DNA of 64,000 bases from Actinomycetota bacterium (GCA_037200085.1 JBBCHT010000007.1:118-64117); one strand, 5' to 3'. Positions 34,370 through 46,287 are shown, numbered from the stretch's first letter. Notes: generated by a model from the letters alone, not told the origin. Numbers and translations are program-made.

Positions 34370-35609
34370 TTTCATTTCTTCGACGTCCCATAAATTTCAC
34401 TGCGCTATTCCTAATTCTTTTGGCGATTCTTGCAGGAGCGCTCTCTTTCACTAAGTTTGATCATTGTCGGAACTCCAGTTGGGTTTTCTCCGGATTCTTA
34501 TGTTCACGCTTGCTATTCCGATATTCCAACTCTCTTTGGAGATCGCGGGCTTGATGATCACAAGTGGGCATATTCTGGAGATGAAAAAGCTGTCGAGTAT
34601 CCCGTTGTTATGGGAGCAGTCATGTGGGCGACCTCTTGGTTAGTTCCTGAAAGTTCTCATGCTTTCCGAACCTATTTCGATGTCAATGTATTTTTTCTCG
34701 CACTCATTTTTATTGGCGTTGTATTGCTTGTTTGGAGAATTCGTCCTCAATACGCATATCTACTTCCGCTCTCCTCCCGGCTGTTATCGCATCCCTCTAT
34801 ATCAATTGGGATCTTTGGGGAATCATCACAATGCTTGCCGCGATTTATTATTTCGAGTCGCGAAAATATTTAGTAAGTTCGTTCTATTTGGGAATTTCAG
34901 TTGCAACTAATTCTTTCCAATATTTCTACTCTTGCCTATTACAGTCATTTTGTATCGCACGGGAATGAAGCGAGAACTTTTTAAGTATCTGACTATGACG
35001 GCAGTTGTGTGGTTGCTTATTAATCTTCCCGTTATGGCGACAACCCCCACAGGTTGGTGGCATTTCTATAAATTAAATCTTGATCGAAATTCGGACTGGG
35101 GATCTTTGTGGTACTCCCTTGTAATTTTTGGAGTGGATGTAAAACATCTCAATAACATTGCCTCGATCGCACTCCTTGCACTTTTGGCAGGACTCGTCAT
35201 TTATTTGCTTGAGATTTCCTATGTGCCTTCCTTGTCAGAAGTGAGTTTTGTCGTACTTGCCTCAGTTATCTGTATTGGAAAGGTCTACTCCCCCCAGTAC
35301 GTACTCTGGTTAGCACCTCTCGCCATCATTGCCATTCGGGAGAAAGTTCACCTTCCGGTCTTCTGGGTGTGGCAAGGATCGGAAGTTCTCTACCATCTGG
35401 CGATCTGGCAGCACTTAGCTCTGGTTACTGGTTTGAAATTTGGAGTGACCAATGAGGCCTATGCAATTGCGACAGTTGTGCGAATAGCAGCCACATTTCT
35501 CTTAGTTGCTTCATTCGCTCGAACGAGCCTGCGAACTCCGCCAGATACGCCTAATTCCAGAGGTAAGTTGGCCGATTTTCTATTCGGTACCGCCTCAAGT
35601 TACCCTTAG
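34366..35609 (+). CDS. Polytopic membrane protein, GT87/DUF2029-like (same position as Rv0051 in mycobacterial synteny); at least 3 frameshifts
   Basis: Fragments 34366-34554, 34430-34873, 34732-34968, 34932-35609. Many hydrophobic segments. Lies between the PBP and rpsF. Confidence 0.5.
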
Positions 35610-35708
35610 CCTTCCTCGGTCGCTGGAAAACCAGTTTCCTTGGAGCACTAACCCTCCTGTCACGGAAATACCGTGGCCGCTTTAGTCCAGAGGAGGTCGG
35701 GTTAACGC

Positions 35709-35993
35709 ATGCGACACTACGAATTAATGGTCATTCTTGATCCAGAGTTAGAAGAGCGCACAGTCACGCCAAGTCTTGAGACATATCTCAAAATCATCAA
35801 AGAAAGTGGAGGCCGCGTCGACAAGCTCGATGTTTGGGGCAAGCGCCGCATGTCTTTTGAAATTTTGAAGAAGTCAGAAGGAATTTATGCGGTCGTTGAC
35901 ATGCACTGCGAGCCAGCAGCTATCAAAGAGTTGGATCGTCAATTGAATTTAAACGAAGCGGTTCTACGCACAAAAGTTATTCGTCCTGAGTAG
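35709..35993 (+). CDS. rpsF: 30S ribosomal protein S6
   Basis: Intact 94-aa ORF starting [12 protein letters not shown]. Confidence 0.95.
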   Translation: MRHYELMVILDPELEERTVTPSLETYLKIIKESGGRVDKLDVWGKRRMSFEILKKSEGIYAVVDMHCEPAAIKELDRQLNLNEAVLRTKVIRPE

Positions 35994-36051
35994 TTTTCAT
36001 CCATTCAGTCAATAATTTGGGTTCCAAAACCGTAATAGAGAGAAGATAAAT

Positions 36052-36553
36052 ATGGCAGCAGGAGATACAACAATCACGATGATCGGCAATCTTGTCGATG
36101 ATCCAGAACTTCGCTTCACACCATCAGGCGCAGCTGTTGCTAAATTTCGTGTCGCTTCCACTCCTCGTTATCTTGATAAGGCAACGAATGAATGGAAAGA
36201 CGGAGATAGTCTCTTTCTTCAATGCCAAATTTGGCGTCAAGCAGCTGAAAATGTTGCTGAGTCGCTAACAAAAGGTATGCGCGTCATTCTTTCTGGTCGA
36301 TTAAAGCAACGCTCTTATGAAACCAAAGAAGGCGAAAAGCGAACTGTTTTTTGAAGTTGAAGTTGATGAAGTTGGACCATCTTTGCGAAATGCAACAGCG
36401 AAGGTCACTAAGACCACTCGCCAAGGCGGCGCATCTGGTGGATTCTCTGCACCATCAACAGATACTTTCAATGACGATCCTTGGGCTGCTGCCTCCTCCC
36501 CTTCAACGGGCGGCGGTTGGGCAACAACCACAAATGACGAGCCACCTTTCTAA
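36052..36553 (+). CDS. ssb: Single-stranded DNA-binding protein; frameshift in T6 run 36347-36352
   Basis: ORFs 36052-36354 and 36317-36553. OB-fold N-terminus, Gly-rich tail, and the acidic tip DEPPF. Removing one T restores ...[12 protein letters not shown]. Confidence 0.9.
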
Positions 36554-36627
36554 AGAAGGTTCTTACTAACAATCCATCCATTCCTACCATGTGAAAAATG
36601 GCAGGGCACCCGTAAAGGAGCACCACA

Positions 36628-36916
36628 ATGGGAGCACGTAATAACAGAGCGCTGAAAGAGCCGAAAAATAAATCGGCTAAGGCAGCAGCTCTTAATAAGA
36701 AGTTCAAGAAAAAGCCTTGCAGCTTTTGCCGCGACAAGGTGAGTTATATCGATTACAAAGATATTGCAACGCTTCGTAAATACATTTCAGACCGTGGAAA
36801 GATTCGCGCTCGTCGTGTTACTGGCGCATGCACCCAACACCAACGCTCGATTGCGACAGCTGTAAAGAACAGCAGAGAAGTCGCTCTCTTGCCTTACACC
36901 CTCAACCGCGAGATAG
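36628..36916 (+). CDS. rpsR: 30S ribosomal protein S18; the stop is lost to a frameshift in CCC 36899-36901
   Basis: ORF 36628-36978 contains [11 protein letters not shown]...ALLPYT. Deleting one C gives ...YTSTAR* with TAG at 36914-36916. Confidence 0.85.
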
Positions 36917-36936
36917 GGAGTCATCAGATGAAATTG

Positions 36937-37377
36937 ATTTTGACTCGCGAAGGTCGCTGGGCTCGGTCGTGCCGGTGACGTGGTCTCTGTAAAAGATGGA
37001 TTTGCACGCAATTTCCTACTGCCACGCGGTAATGCAATTGCATGGTCACTCGGTGGCGAAAAGCAGATTGAAAGCATTCGTCGCGCTCGCGCATCACGTG
37101 AGGTTCGCGATCTCGATCACGCCCAAGGAGATCAAGGCAGCACTTGAGGCAGCAACAGTTGTTGTAAACCGTCAAAGTGGGCGCTTCCGGGCGTCTTTTT
37201 GGCTCCGTTACTGACAAAGATGTAGCTGCAGCTATCAAGAGCGCAACTGGTCTCGATGTCGATCGCCATGACTTGAGCCTCTCCAAGCACATCAAGGAGA
37301 CTGGAACTCATGCCGTGAAAGTTTCGCTACCGCATCATGTGGTTGCCAACATTTCAATATCGGTTGTGGCTGCTTAA
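36937..37377 (+). CDS. rplI: 50S ribosomal protein L9; at least 2 frameshifts
   Basis: MKLILTRE starts at ATG 36937. [19 protein letters not shown] lies in a shifted frame. ORF 37177-37377 carries [19 protein letters not shown]. Confidence 0.85.
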
Positions 37378-37393
37378 CAACGCTAAAGATTAG

Positions 37394-37431
37394 AACGGGT
37401 CTGCTGATTACAGCAGGCCCGTTTTATTTTT
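37394..37431. terminator. Rho-independent-type hairpin shared by convergent rplI and the kinase gene
   Basis: Stem AACGGGTCTGCTG (37394-37406), loop ATTA, stem CAGCAGGCCCGTT (37411-37423), with one G.T pair. Followed by TTTTATTTTT. Confidence 0.7.
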
Positions 37432-38399
37432 CTGTAACCCTGCTTCAAACATTTTTGAAAAGAGCGCTCCTTGGAACTCTGATTCCGCCAAGTGGAATTT
37501 TTCCATTCCCCACGACCAAAAATCGAAATCAAGATCAGAAACAGCACTTTGAATAGATGCCCAAAGAGTCCAACCGTATTTAGCGGCCAAGGCAAGTAGC
37601 CAGGCGCGTGCGAATTTCTCGGCTCTATGGTTTTGATAGTAGGCATCTACAAGTTCTTCCAAAACTATCCAATTCCAAGAAAGCTTCCGCCCAGATATTT
37701 CCGAGTTCAAAGCAAGGATCGTTGTTGCCGGAGTATTCGTAATCAATTATCCAAATTTGATCACCGCTGTCGATAAAGTTTCCAGGCAAGAGATCATTGT
37801 TGCAAGGCACAGTACCTTCATCGAGAATTTCAAGTGCACGATGCATTTACAAGCATCTTATCCGAGTACGTTAAATAGTTTTTTGGTAACTGAAATCCAC
37901 GTGATTGCACGATATCTAAATAAGTCTTTTGAAGAGAGAACATATTAAAATCTCGGACAAATCGTTGTGACGAATGAAGCGTTCGACAACTTTGCGCAAT
38001 TCGCGAAAGATTTTCATTGACTCCCGAAGCGGAGAGCGTATGTCCTTCAATATATTTGATTGCTAACAAACCTTGACCTGGTAGATAGTCAATTACTTCC
38101 GGAGCAATTCCAACTTCAGCCGCCAATTTTGAATTTTGGTATTCCGATTCGCGATCAATGGAGAGAAGTGAAGAACTATTGCTTGATATGCGAGCAACGA
38201 ATTTTCCAAGTGAATTTTCAATGAAGAGATTTCTATTTGTTAACCCGCCGGAGAGTTCGCGAATTTGTGGACGTTCACGAAAAACAGAAACTTGATTGAG
38301 TAACGACCCGTAACTTTCTTCAAGTGAAGTACTGGAGTGGATCACTGCTTCAGGAATACATTTCAGGCATGGCTGCGTCAGTACTTCCTGATCGAGCAA
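37408..38399 (-). CDS. Choline/ethanolamine-kinase-like phosphotransferase (APH fold); at least 2 frameshifts
   Basis: Fragments 37830-38399, 37625-37846, 37408-37746. Motifs ELSGGLTNRN, NNDLLPGNFI (Brenner-type), IIDYEYSGNND. Confidence 0.65.
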
Positions 38400-40820
38400 A
38401 AATTGTCATTATTGGCGGCGGCGTTGGTGGAACTTCCGTTGCCTATCATTTGGCCGAGCTTGGTGAAAAAGATGTGATTTTATTGGACCGCAGCGACCTG
38501 ACTAGCGGCTCCACATTTCATTCCGCAGGACTTGTTGGTCAATTGCGTGCAGATCCAACGTTAACAAAAAATGAATATGCATTCAGTCGATCTCTATAGA
38601 AAATTGGAGGCCTCAGATACTCCACCAAGTTGGAAAGAGTGCGGAAGTATCAAGTTGGCTTCAACACCAGAGCGCATGGAGGAAATTCGTCGCCAAATTG
38701 GATGGGCGAGAACTTTTGGTCTAGATCTTCGCGAGATTTCTCCTAAGGAAGCGCAAGATCTCTTTCCTCTTATGGATTTAGAAGGCGTTGTTGGTGCTTG
38801 TTATATGGCTTCGGATGGACAGGTAGATCCATCACAATTGGCGCAGGCATTGGCGGCCGGAGCGAGACGCGGTGGAGTGAAAATTTTTACGCATACTCGG
38901 GTTACCAATATAAGAACTAACCAAGGTCGAGTAACTCACGTCGAGACCGATAAAGGCGTGATCGAATGTGAAACGGTTATCAATTGCGGAGGGATGTTTG
39001 CTCCAGAAATTGCTCGCTTAGTTAACGTCAGAGTTCCAATAGTTCCCATGAGTCATCAATATTTAATTACAGAAAATTTTATGCCAGTAGATGCACCGAT
39101 GTTGCCTTCTCTCCGTGATCCAGATTTATTGATTTATTTCCGTCAAGAGGTGAGCGGTTTGTTGATGGGCGGGTATGAGCGCCAATCAAAGGCATGGACA
39201 GCGAGTTATGAAAATCTGGATCAGATACCTGCAGATTTCAATGGCAAACTCTTACAAGAGGATTGGGATAGATTCGAAGAGATTGCGGTAAATTCTCAAA
39301 TTCGCGTTCCGAAGATGGCATCGATCGGTGTTAAGAACTTTATTAATGGTCCAGAAGGATTTACTCCAGACAATGAATTCTGCTTAGGTGAAACCTCGGT
39401 CGGCGGATTTCTTCGTGGCAGCAGGATTTTGTGCACACGGTATTGCTGGAGCGGGCGGTATCGGCAAAGTCGTTGCCGAGTGGGTTGTTGGCCGGTGAAC
39501 CCACGATGGATCTCTGGCATATGGATATTCGTCGCTTTGGAGAAGCATATAAATCTCCAAAATTCACTCTTGAAAGAGTGACGGAAAATTATGAAGAGTA
39601 TTACGACATCCACTATCCAGGAGAAGAACGAAAAAGCGCTCGTCCGTTAAAGAAATCGCCAGTGTATGAATGGCATAAGAGCGCCGGTGCTGTATTTGGC
39701 GAAAAAAGCTAGTTGGGAAAGGGTTAATTACTACTCTTCGCAAAAAGGCGATGATGAATTGCGTCCTTATGGGTGGGCGGGAAAGCATTGGTCTAGCGCA
39801 GTAAGTGTCGAGCATTTAGCAACTCGAACATCAGCCGGACTCTTTGATGAATCAAGTTTTGCAAAGATTTTGGTGAGCGGTGAACAAGCTGCCGAGTTTT
39901 TGAATTTTGCTTGCGCAAATGATGTTGTGAAGGGTGTAGGTCGAACCGTTTATACACAAGCGCTAAATTCTCGTGGAGGAATTGAATCCGATTTCACAGT
40001 TACTCAGATTGGCGACGCAGTTTTCTTTATTGTTACTGGAACTGCATTTGGCGGTCACGACAAAGGGTGGCTAGAAAAACTTGCACGAGAAAATAATTTT
40101 ACGGTGCATATTTCCGATGTCACTGAATCCCTTGCTTGCTTCGGTATTTGGGGTCCACGATCTCGAGAAATTTTACAGAGCGTTACGACTGAGGATTTAA
40201 GCCATGAGAAATTTCCCTTTATGCGATCACGTGAAATTTTGATCGAAGGCATCACAGTTCGTGCGACAAGAATTACCTATGTTGGAGAGTTGGGTTGGGA
40301 ACTTTATTTGCCTGTCGAGCAAGGAGAATTGATTTGGAAATCGATTCTTGAAGCAGGAAAGAACTTTGGGCTAGAAGTGTGCGGTTATAAAGCGATCGAA
40401 TCTTTGCGATTAGAGAAAGGTTATCGAGCTTGGTCCGGAGAAATTTCAACCGAGACGAATCCATGGGAAGCAGGCTTGGGTTTTGCAATCTCTTCAACAA
40501 AGGAGAATTTCTTTGGACACGACTCACTTGTACAAGCAAAAGAGAGTCAGAGTAGAAAACTTGTGGTCATCACCTTCGATGATATTCGAAGGGTTCCACT
40601 CGGAAATGAACCAATTCGTATCGGTGGCAAAATAGTTGGTCGAGTGAAAAGTGGTGGTCAGGGTTACTCGATTGGCAAAGCGATCGCCTACGCCTACCTT
40701 CCCATCGACCATTCGGCTCCGAAAACGAGGATAGAAGTTGAATTTTTTGGGCAATGGGTAGAGGGTCGTATTGAGAGTGAACCTCTCTTCGATCCAACAA
40801 ATCAGAGGATCAGAAGTTAG
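38369..40820 (+). CDS. Dimethylglycine/sarcosine dehydrogenase-family protein (FAD oxidoreductase fused to GcvT-like folate-binding domain); at least 3 frameshifts
   Basis: Fragments 38324-38599, 38571-39581, 39431-39712, 39666-40820. Motifs IVIIGGGVGGTSVAYHL and SGSTFHSAGLV. The C-terminal part is aminomethyltransferase-like. Confidence 0.75.
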
Positions 40821-40853
40821 TGTTGTTCATCATTTGAGATACGGAAAATACTT

Positions 40854-40981
40854 TTATCCACACTCATGTATTTCAACCAACGGTTCTGACCTGCACTCTC
40901 TCTCATGAAAGGGTCGAGAAAGTCGAGTTATTCACAATCCATCAACAGGCTCCTACACAAAGAAACGCCGAGTTCTACACA
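40854..40981 (+). promoter_or_regulatory. Array of four same-orientation DnaA-box-like 9-mers upstream of dnaB
   Basis: TTATCCACA 40854-40862 (perfect), TTATTCACA 40928-40936, TCCTACACA 40951-40959, TTCTACACA 40973-40981. The last three are spaced 22-23 bp apart. Confidence 0.45.
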
Positions 40982-41099
40982 AGGCAACTCACAACTAAAT
41001 CGCCAATTCTGGTCTCTAGCCTCAGCACTCTTTAACGTTCGCACGTTCAGTAGTGAAGTGACATGAAAATTGTCGCACCTCTTTGGGAAGGTAGGCAGT

Positions 41100-42501
41100 G
41101 TGAGCATCGCAGAACTTCCTCAACGATCAGCTCGTTCAGAGCCAGAGTTCGAGCGCACTCCACCTCAAGATCTCATTGCAGAACAGAGCGTCCTTGGTGG
41201 AATGTTGCTGAGCAAAGATGCAATCGCTGATGTTGTTGAAATTCTTCGCGAGCGAGATTTCTATCGCCCCTGGCCCACGAAACTATTTACGACGCGATTC
41301 TCGATCTTTATGGTCGTGGAGAACCGGCCGACGCAGTCACGGTCTCTGCCGAATTAACAAAGCGCGGAGAAATAGCGAGAGCAGGCGGCGCACCTTATTT
41401 GCACACTCTCATCTCATCTGTCCCTACTGCTGCAAATGCCGGTTACTACGCGAAAATCGTTCGTGAGCGAGCAATCATGCGCAGACTTGTTGAGGCGGGT
41501 ACAAAGATTGTTCAACTTGGATATAGCGCGGAAGGAAGCGTTGATGATTCTGTTGATCAAGCGCAAGCCGAAGTTTATTCAGTAACTGAGAGACGAGCAC
41601 ATGATGACTATGTGCAACTGAGTACTTTGCTTCCCGAAGCTTTGGATGAGATCGAAGCAATTTCCAAAGGTGTTGGTACAGAAGGAATTAAAAACTGGAT
41701 TTAAAGATCTCGACACACTAACCAATGGTCTGCATCCTGGAAACATGGTTGTATTGGCTGCGCGACCCGCAGTTGGAAAATCCACACTCGGTCTAGATAT
41801 TGCGAGATACGCTTCAATTCAAGGCGGACATACTTCTGTTATTTTTTCACTTGAAATGAGCCGCTCGGAAATTACGATGCGTATGCTTTCGGCAGAGGCG
41901 CGTGTTGGTCTCAATAACATTCGAGCGGGAAATCTCAGCGATGAAGAGTGGTCGCGATTGGCCAGAAGAATGGGCGAAATCTCAGCCGCTCCATTGTTTA
42001 TCGATGACTCTGCAAATCTTTCTCGATGGAGATCCGCGCTAAGTCACGCCGTTTGAAACAGCGACATGATTTAAAGTTGATTGTTATTGATTATCTTCAG
42101 TTGATGAGCAGTGGCAAGAAAGTTGAAAATCGTCAGCAGGAAGTTTCTGAATTTTCACGTCAACTTAAATTGTTGGCCAAGGAACTCGATGTCCCAATCG
42201 TTGCCATTTCACAGTTAAACCGCTCTCCAGAACAGCGCTCTGATAAGAAGCCAATGCTCTCCGATCTTCGTGAATCAGGCTCGATTGAACAGGATGCCGA
42301 CGTTGTCATTCTTCTCTCCACAGAGATGATCTATATGACAGTCAAAATAGATCTGGTGAAGCTGATCTCATTATTGCCAAACATCGAAATGGACCGACTA
42401 GAACTATTACCGTTTCGGCCCAACTCCACTTCGCCCGCTTTGTGGATATGCCTCAAGGTTCAGCGCCATCGGATTACACGCAGCAGCGCAACGAAAATTA
42501 G
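41100..42501 (+). CDS. dnaB: Replicative DNA helicase DnaB; at least 3 frameshifts; no intein
   Basis: Fragments 41070-41357, 41399-41704, 41646-42056, 42026-42547. Motifs [25 protein letters not shown] (Walker A), [21 protein letters not shown] 41100 follows GGGAAGG. Confidence 0.85.
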
Positions 42502-43418
42502 TGCGCTTGGCGGCGTGCTCGATCTGCTAAAACAATTCCTACGATAACAATCACGCCACCAACCAATTGAACAAGAGTGAACTTCTCTCCTAAGCACCAC
42601 CAAGCAAAGACTCCCGCTATGACAGGTTCCAACATTCCGATGACGCTGCTCGTTGATGCCGAGAGGTATTTCAATCCGCTGAGAACGAACAAGTAAGGAA
42701 CGATCGTTCCCATCACAATAATCCAGAGAATGAGAACCCAACCCGGTGCGCTGTATTGGCTAAAAGTTCCAAGAAAATCTATTTCGTCTGTGAGTATATG
42801 AAAAGGAAAAGACCACACTGGCGTAACAATGAACCAGACAAGGGATGCAAAACCAAGTCCCCAAACAGTCAAAGTATCGCTGGCACGATTAACAATGAGT
42901 TTTTCACCTAAGAGAAAATAACCAGCAAGTGCGAATGCATCAAGAAATGCTGCAATGAGCCCGACTCCATTGAGAGTCATGCCTTTCCAAACTTGAGCAA
43001 CAAGAAGTAATCCGAGGAATCCAAAGAGCAACGAGAACCACATTGTTGAAGGAACGTATTTTTTTCTAACGTAGCGGATATATAAAACGATCCAGATAGG
43101 CGCTGTGAATTCGATGATGAGTGCGATGCTCACATGCATTCGCGCAATTGCAAATGAAGTAACCAACCTGTACGAGTGCAAAGCCAACTAATCCGTAAGC
43201 TGCCAACCAAGGCAGTTCACTTTGAGAGGTCGAAGCGCGGATTTATTCCGGATGAGTGCGTAGACCAAAAGAATGAGGAATGCACCGGTACATCTGATCT
43301 GTGTAAGTCTCCATGCGGAGAGACCGCTCTCTAAAACTAACTTCGAAACGATTCCATTGAATGCAAAAGTAATTGCACCAAGTACAAGGAAACCTTCAGC
43401 TCGAAGAGATTTAAGCAC
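42498..43418 (-). CDS. EamA/DMT-superfamily transporter; one frameshift near 43188
   Basis: ORFs 43188-43418 and 42498-43187. About 10 TM segments. The stop overlaps the dnaB stop. Confidence 0.65.
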
Positions 43419-43432
43419 TGCCGAAGCGTACT

Positions 43433-45263
43433 TTAGAAAGCGCTTTCGGGAATCTCCATTACTGAGTTATCCGTGCTTTCAACGATTACACGGTCCGCGG
43501 CGACATGTGGCAAGACGTTAGATACGAAGAACTTCGCACTTGCAATTTTGCCAGTATAAAAATCACTATCTTTACCTGCAGTTGCAAGTTTTGAGATTGC
43601 AATATCCGCTTGTCGAAGTAGTAACCAAGAAGTGACGATATCTCCAACTGCCATCAAGCAACGAGAAGTATTGAGTCCCACTTTATATATCTCATCTGGT
43701 TTTTCTTGCGATTCCATTGCATGACCAACGAGGACTGCAACTATTGCATTGAGGTGATTGGCAGCTTCTTGGAGTGCAAGCTTCTCTTTTTCTAACGCAC
43801 CGCCAGTATTGGTGAATGCATGGACTTCTTTCGCTAAGAGTCCAAGTGCTCGTCCGCGATCTTTGATTATTTTGCGGAAGAAGAAATCAAGCCCCTGAAT
43901 TGCTGTTGTTCCTTCATAGAGTGTGTCGATTTTTGCATCTCGTACATACTGCTCAATCGGCCAATCTTGAGTGAATCCAGAGCCGCCGAATGTTTGAAGT
44001 GATTCTGTTCCAAGCAAAGTCCACGATCTTTCGCTACCGAAGCCTTTAATAACTGGCAGCATCAAATCACTTCTTGCTTCCAAATCGCTCAACGCATCTT
44101 TTTTGCTGTCGTCTGCTTGCGCCATTGCAACTTCATCTTGCATGGATGCTGCATAAAGCACCAAAGCTCGCATGCCCTCTGCATATGCCTTTTGCGTCAT
44201 GAGCGAGCGGCGAATATCAGGGTGATGAATGATTGTGACTCGAGGACTTGCTTTATCGTTCATAACTTTCATATCGCCGCCTTGAATGCGTGTCTTGGCG
44301 TAGGCGAGCGCTTGTTGGTAACCGGCAGAAAGTGTTGCAATGGCTTTTGTGCCGACCATCATTCTTGCGAATTCAATAATTCGGAACATCTGCGCGATGC
44401 CCTCATGCACATCACCTAGGAGATATCCGACAGCTGGTTCTTTCTCGCCAAGATTCATTTCACAAGGTAGAGGAAACATTGAGTCCCATTTTGTGTTCTA
44501 CTTTGGTGACGAAGACACCGTTGCGCTTTCCTAGCGCTCCAGTTTCAAAAATCAAACATAAATTTTGGAATGAGGAAAAGGCTCAACCCCTTTGTACCTG
44601 GTCCACCACCTTCTCTTCTAGCAAGAACGAAGTGAACAATATTTTCATTGAGATCACTGTCACCTGAAGTGATGAATCGTTTAGTTCCGGTTATATGCCA
44701 CGTGCCATCGCTTTGTTGAACGGCCTTTGTTCGTCCCGCGCCAACATCACTGCCAGCTTCTGGTTCGGTGAGCATCATCGATGCTCCCCAATCTTTTTCA
44801 ACCATGTGGCGAGCAATTTTCTTTTGATCGGGTGTTCCGAGTTGATATGCGACTTGAGCAAAGGAGTAACCAGAGGCATAAATATGGATTGCAGGATTTG
44901 CACCGAGAACCATTTCGGCAATTGCCCAACGAAGCGAAGCAGGAATCTTTGTGCCACCGAATTCAGTCGGTGCATCGATCCGCCACCATTCGCCATCGAC
45001 ATAAGCTTTGTAAGACTTCTTAAACGACTCAGGCAATTTCACATCGCCGGTCTTAGGGTCGAAATCAACCTCCGCGTCGGTCGCCTTCAACAAAGGAGGC
45101 AGCCAAATCGTTCTCTGCCATTCGCTTAACTTCCTCAAGCATGCCGACAACGGTTTTCCTTGTCGAGATCCTTATAGATCGAGGTACCAAGAATTTTGTC
45201 GCGCTCAAGTAGGTCAAAGAGACAAAACTCGATGTCGCGTAAATTTGCGATGTAGTGGCCCAT
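43433..45263 (-). CDS. Large acyl-CoA dehydrogenase (FadE5-like); at least 2 frameshifts
   Basis: N-terminus [13 protein letters not shown] from ATG 45261-45263. ORFs 44545-45150 and 43433-44479. Motifs [21 protein letters not shown]. Confidence 0.75.
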
Positions 45264-45392
45264 GCCTAGTTAATCCGATCTTGTATTGAGCGCCTGCAGG
45301 AAACTGGGTTTAAATGCTACCAGCCAGTAACTTAGCCTACCTCCTCCATCTACACCAGCCTAAATTCCACATGAATGGCAGCGAGCGCATGA

Positions 45393-45936
45393 ATGAAGAT
45401 CGCATTGGCTCAGACTCCACAGATGAAGGCATTTACGGAGGGGCTGCGCGCCGCCGGTTTTCTCTACTTTGCCGTGATTGGACTCGTGCTTTCACTCATT
45501 GATCTGCGCTCGCGAAGGCTGCCTAACAGAATCGTCCTTCCAAGCTATTTCATCGTCTTTCTCATAGGCGGAATTGGTGGAGCGCTAAGCGGCGATCCCT
45601 TCTCACTTCTGAGATCTCTTTTAGCGGCACTCTTCATGTTCGCCACTTACCTCCTCATCGCCTTTTTTAGTCAGGGAGGGATGGGATTTGGAGATGTGAA
45701 ATTTGCTGGAGTTATTGGTCTCTTTCTCGGATTTCTGGGTTGGAAGCAAGTGATCGTCGGTGCGGTCGCAGCATTTGTTTTAGGTGCAACTTTTGGTCTT
45801 ATCGTGATGGCTGCACGGAAAAGTATTCGCAAAATTCGCGTTGCTTTTGGACCATGGATGGTTCTTGGAGCCCTGGCTCGGAATTCTCTTTGCTACTCCG
45901 ATTTCTCGGAATTTACTCACAGTATTCGCGCTCTGA
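45393..45936 (+). CDS. A24-family prepilin peptidase (CpaA/TadV-like); C-terminal frameshift
   Basis: ORF 45393-46010. Motifs LIDLRSRRLPN and GGMGFGDVKFAG. The repaired tail ends at TGA 45934-45936. Confidence 0.6.
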
Positions 45937-46002
45937 AAATTTCCGAAAAGTTTTATTCACTAGGATTTCAGGAAATCGTGGCCAACGCTGTGAGAGGAAA
46001 GA

Positions 46003-46287
46003 ATGATTAGAGCAATTGAAGACTGCTTCAATAAATTCTCGGATTTCTCGGGACGAGCATCACGTAGTGAATTTTGGTACTTCTACCTCTTTGTCCTACT
46101 CGTTGACATTGCGCTCAGCTTCACAGCAATTCCGATAATTGGCGACTATGGTTCTTTGGCATTTCTTCTTCCACTCTTCGCTGTTGGCGCGCGACGAATG
46201 CACGACATTGGCAAATCTGGTTGGTGGCAACTTGTTCCGATCGCGAACTTGATCTTCCTCGCCACCCCCACAAAAATGGCGGAGTGA
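46003..46287 (+). CDS. DUF805-family small membrane protein
   Basis: Intact 94-aa ORF. Motifs GRASRSEFWYF and RRMHDIGKSGWW. Confidence 0.7.
   Translation: MIRAIEDCFNKFSDFSGRASRSEFWYFYLFVLLVDIALSFTAIPIIGDYGSLAFLLPLFAVGARRMHDIGKSGWWQLVPIANLIFLATPTKMAE

Noticed and set aside
34147-34451. Minus-strand ORFs 34147-34344 and 34200-34451 (VGVGVGV... proteins), and the repeat as a possible CRISPR or minisatellite.
   Set aside because: These ORFs are antisense translations of the Pro/Thr-coding repeat. There are only two units with no spacer architecture, so this is not a CRISPR array.
40821-41100. The chromosomal origin (oriC) at the DnaA-box cluster.
   Set aside because: dnaA, dnaN and rpmH are absent from the window. 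Only one perfect box is present, and there is no obvious AT-rich unwinding element with tandem 13-mers. A secondary DnaA site is the more conservative reading.
41100-42501. An intein in dnaB, as found in some mycobacteria.
   Set aside because: The reconstructed length (~465 aa) and contiguous helicase motifs leave no room for an intein. The fragmentation is explained by frameshifts.
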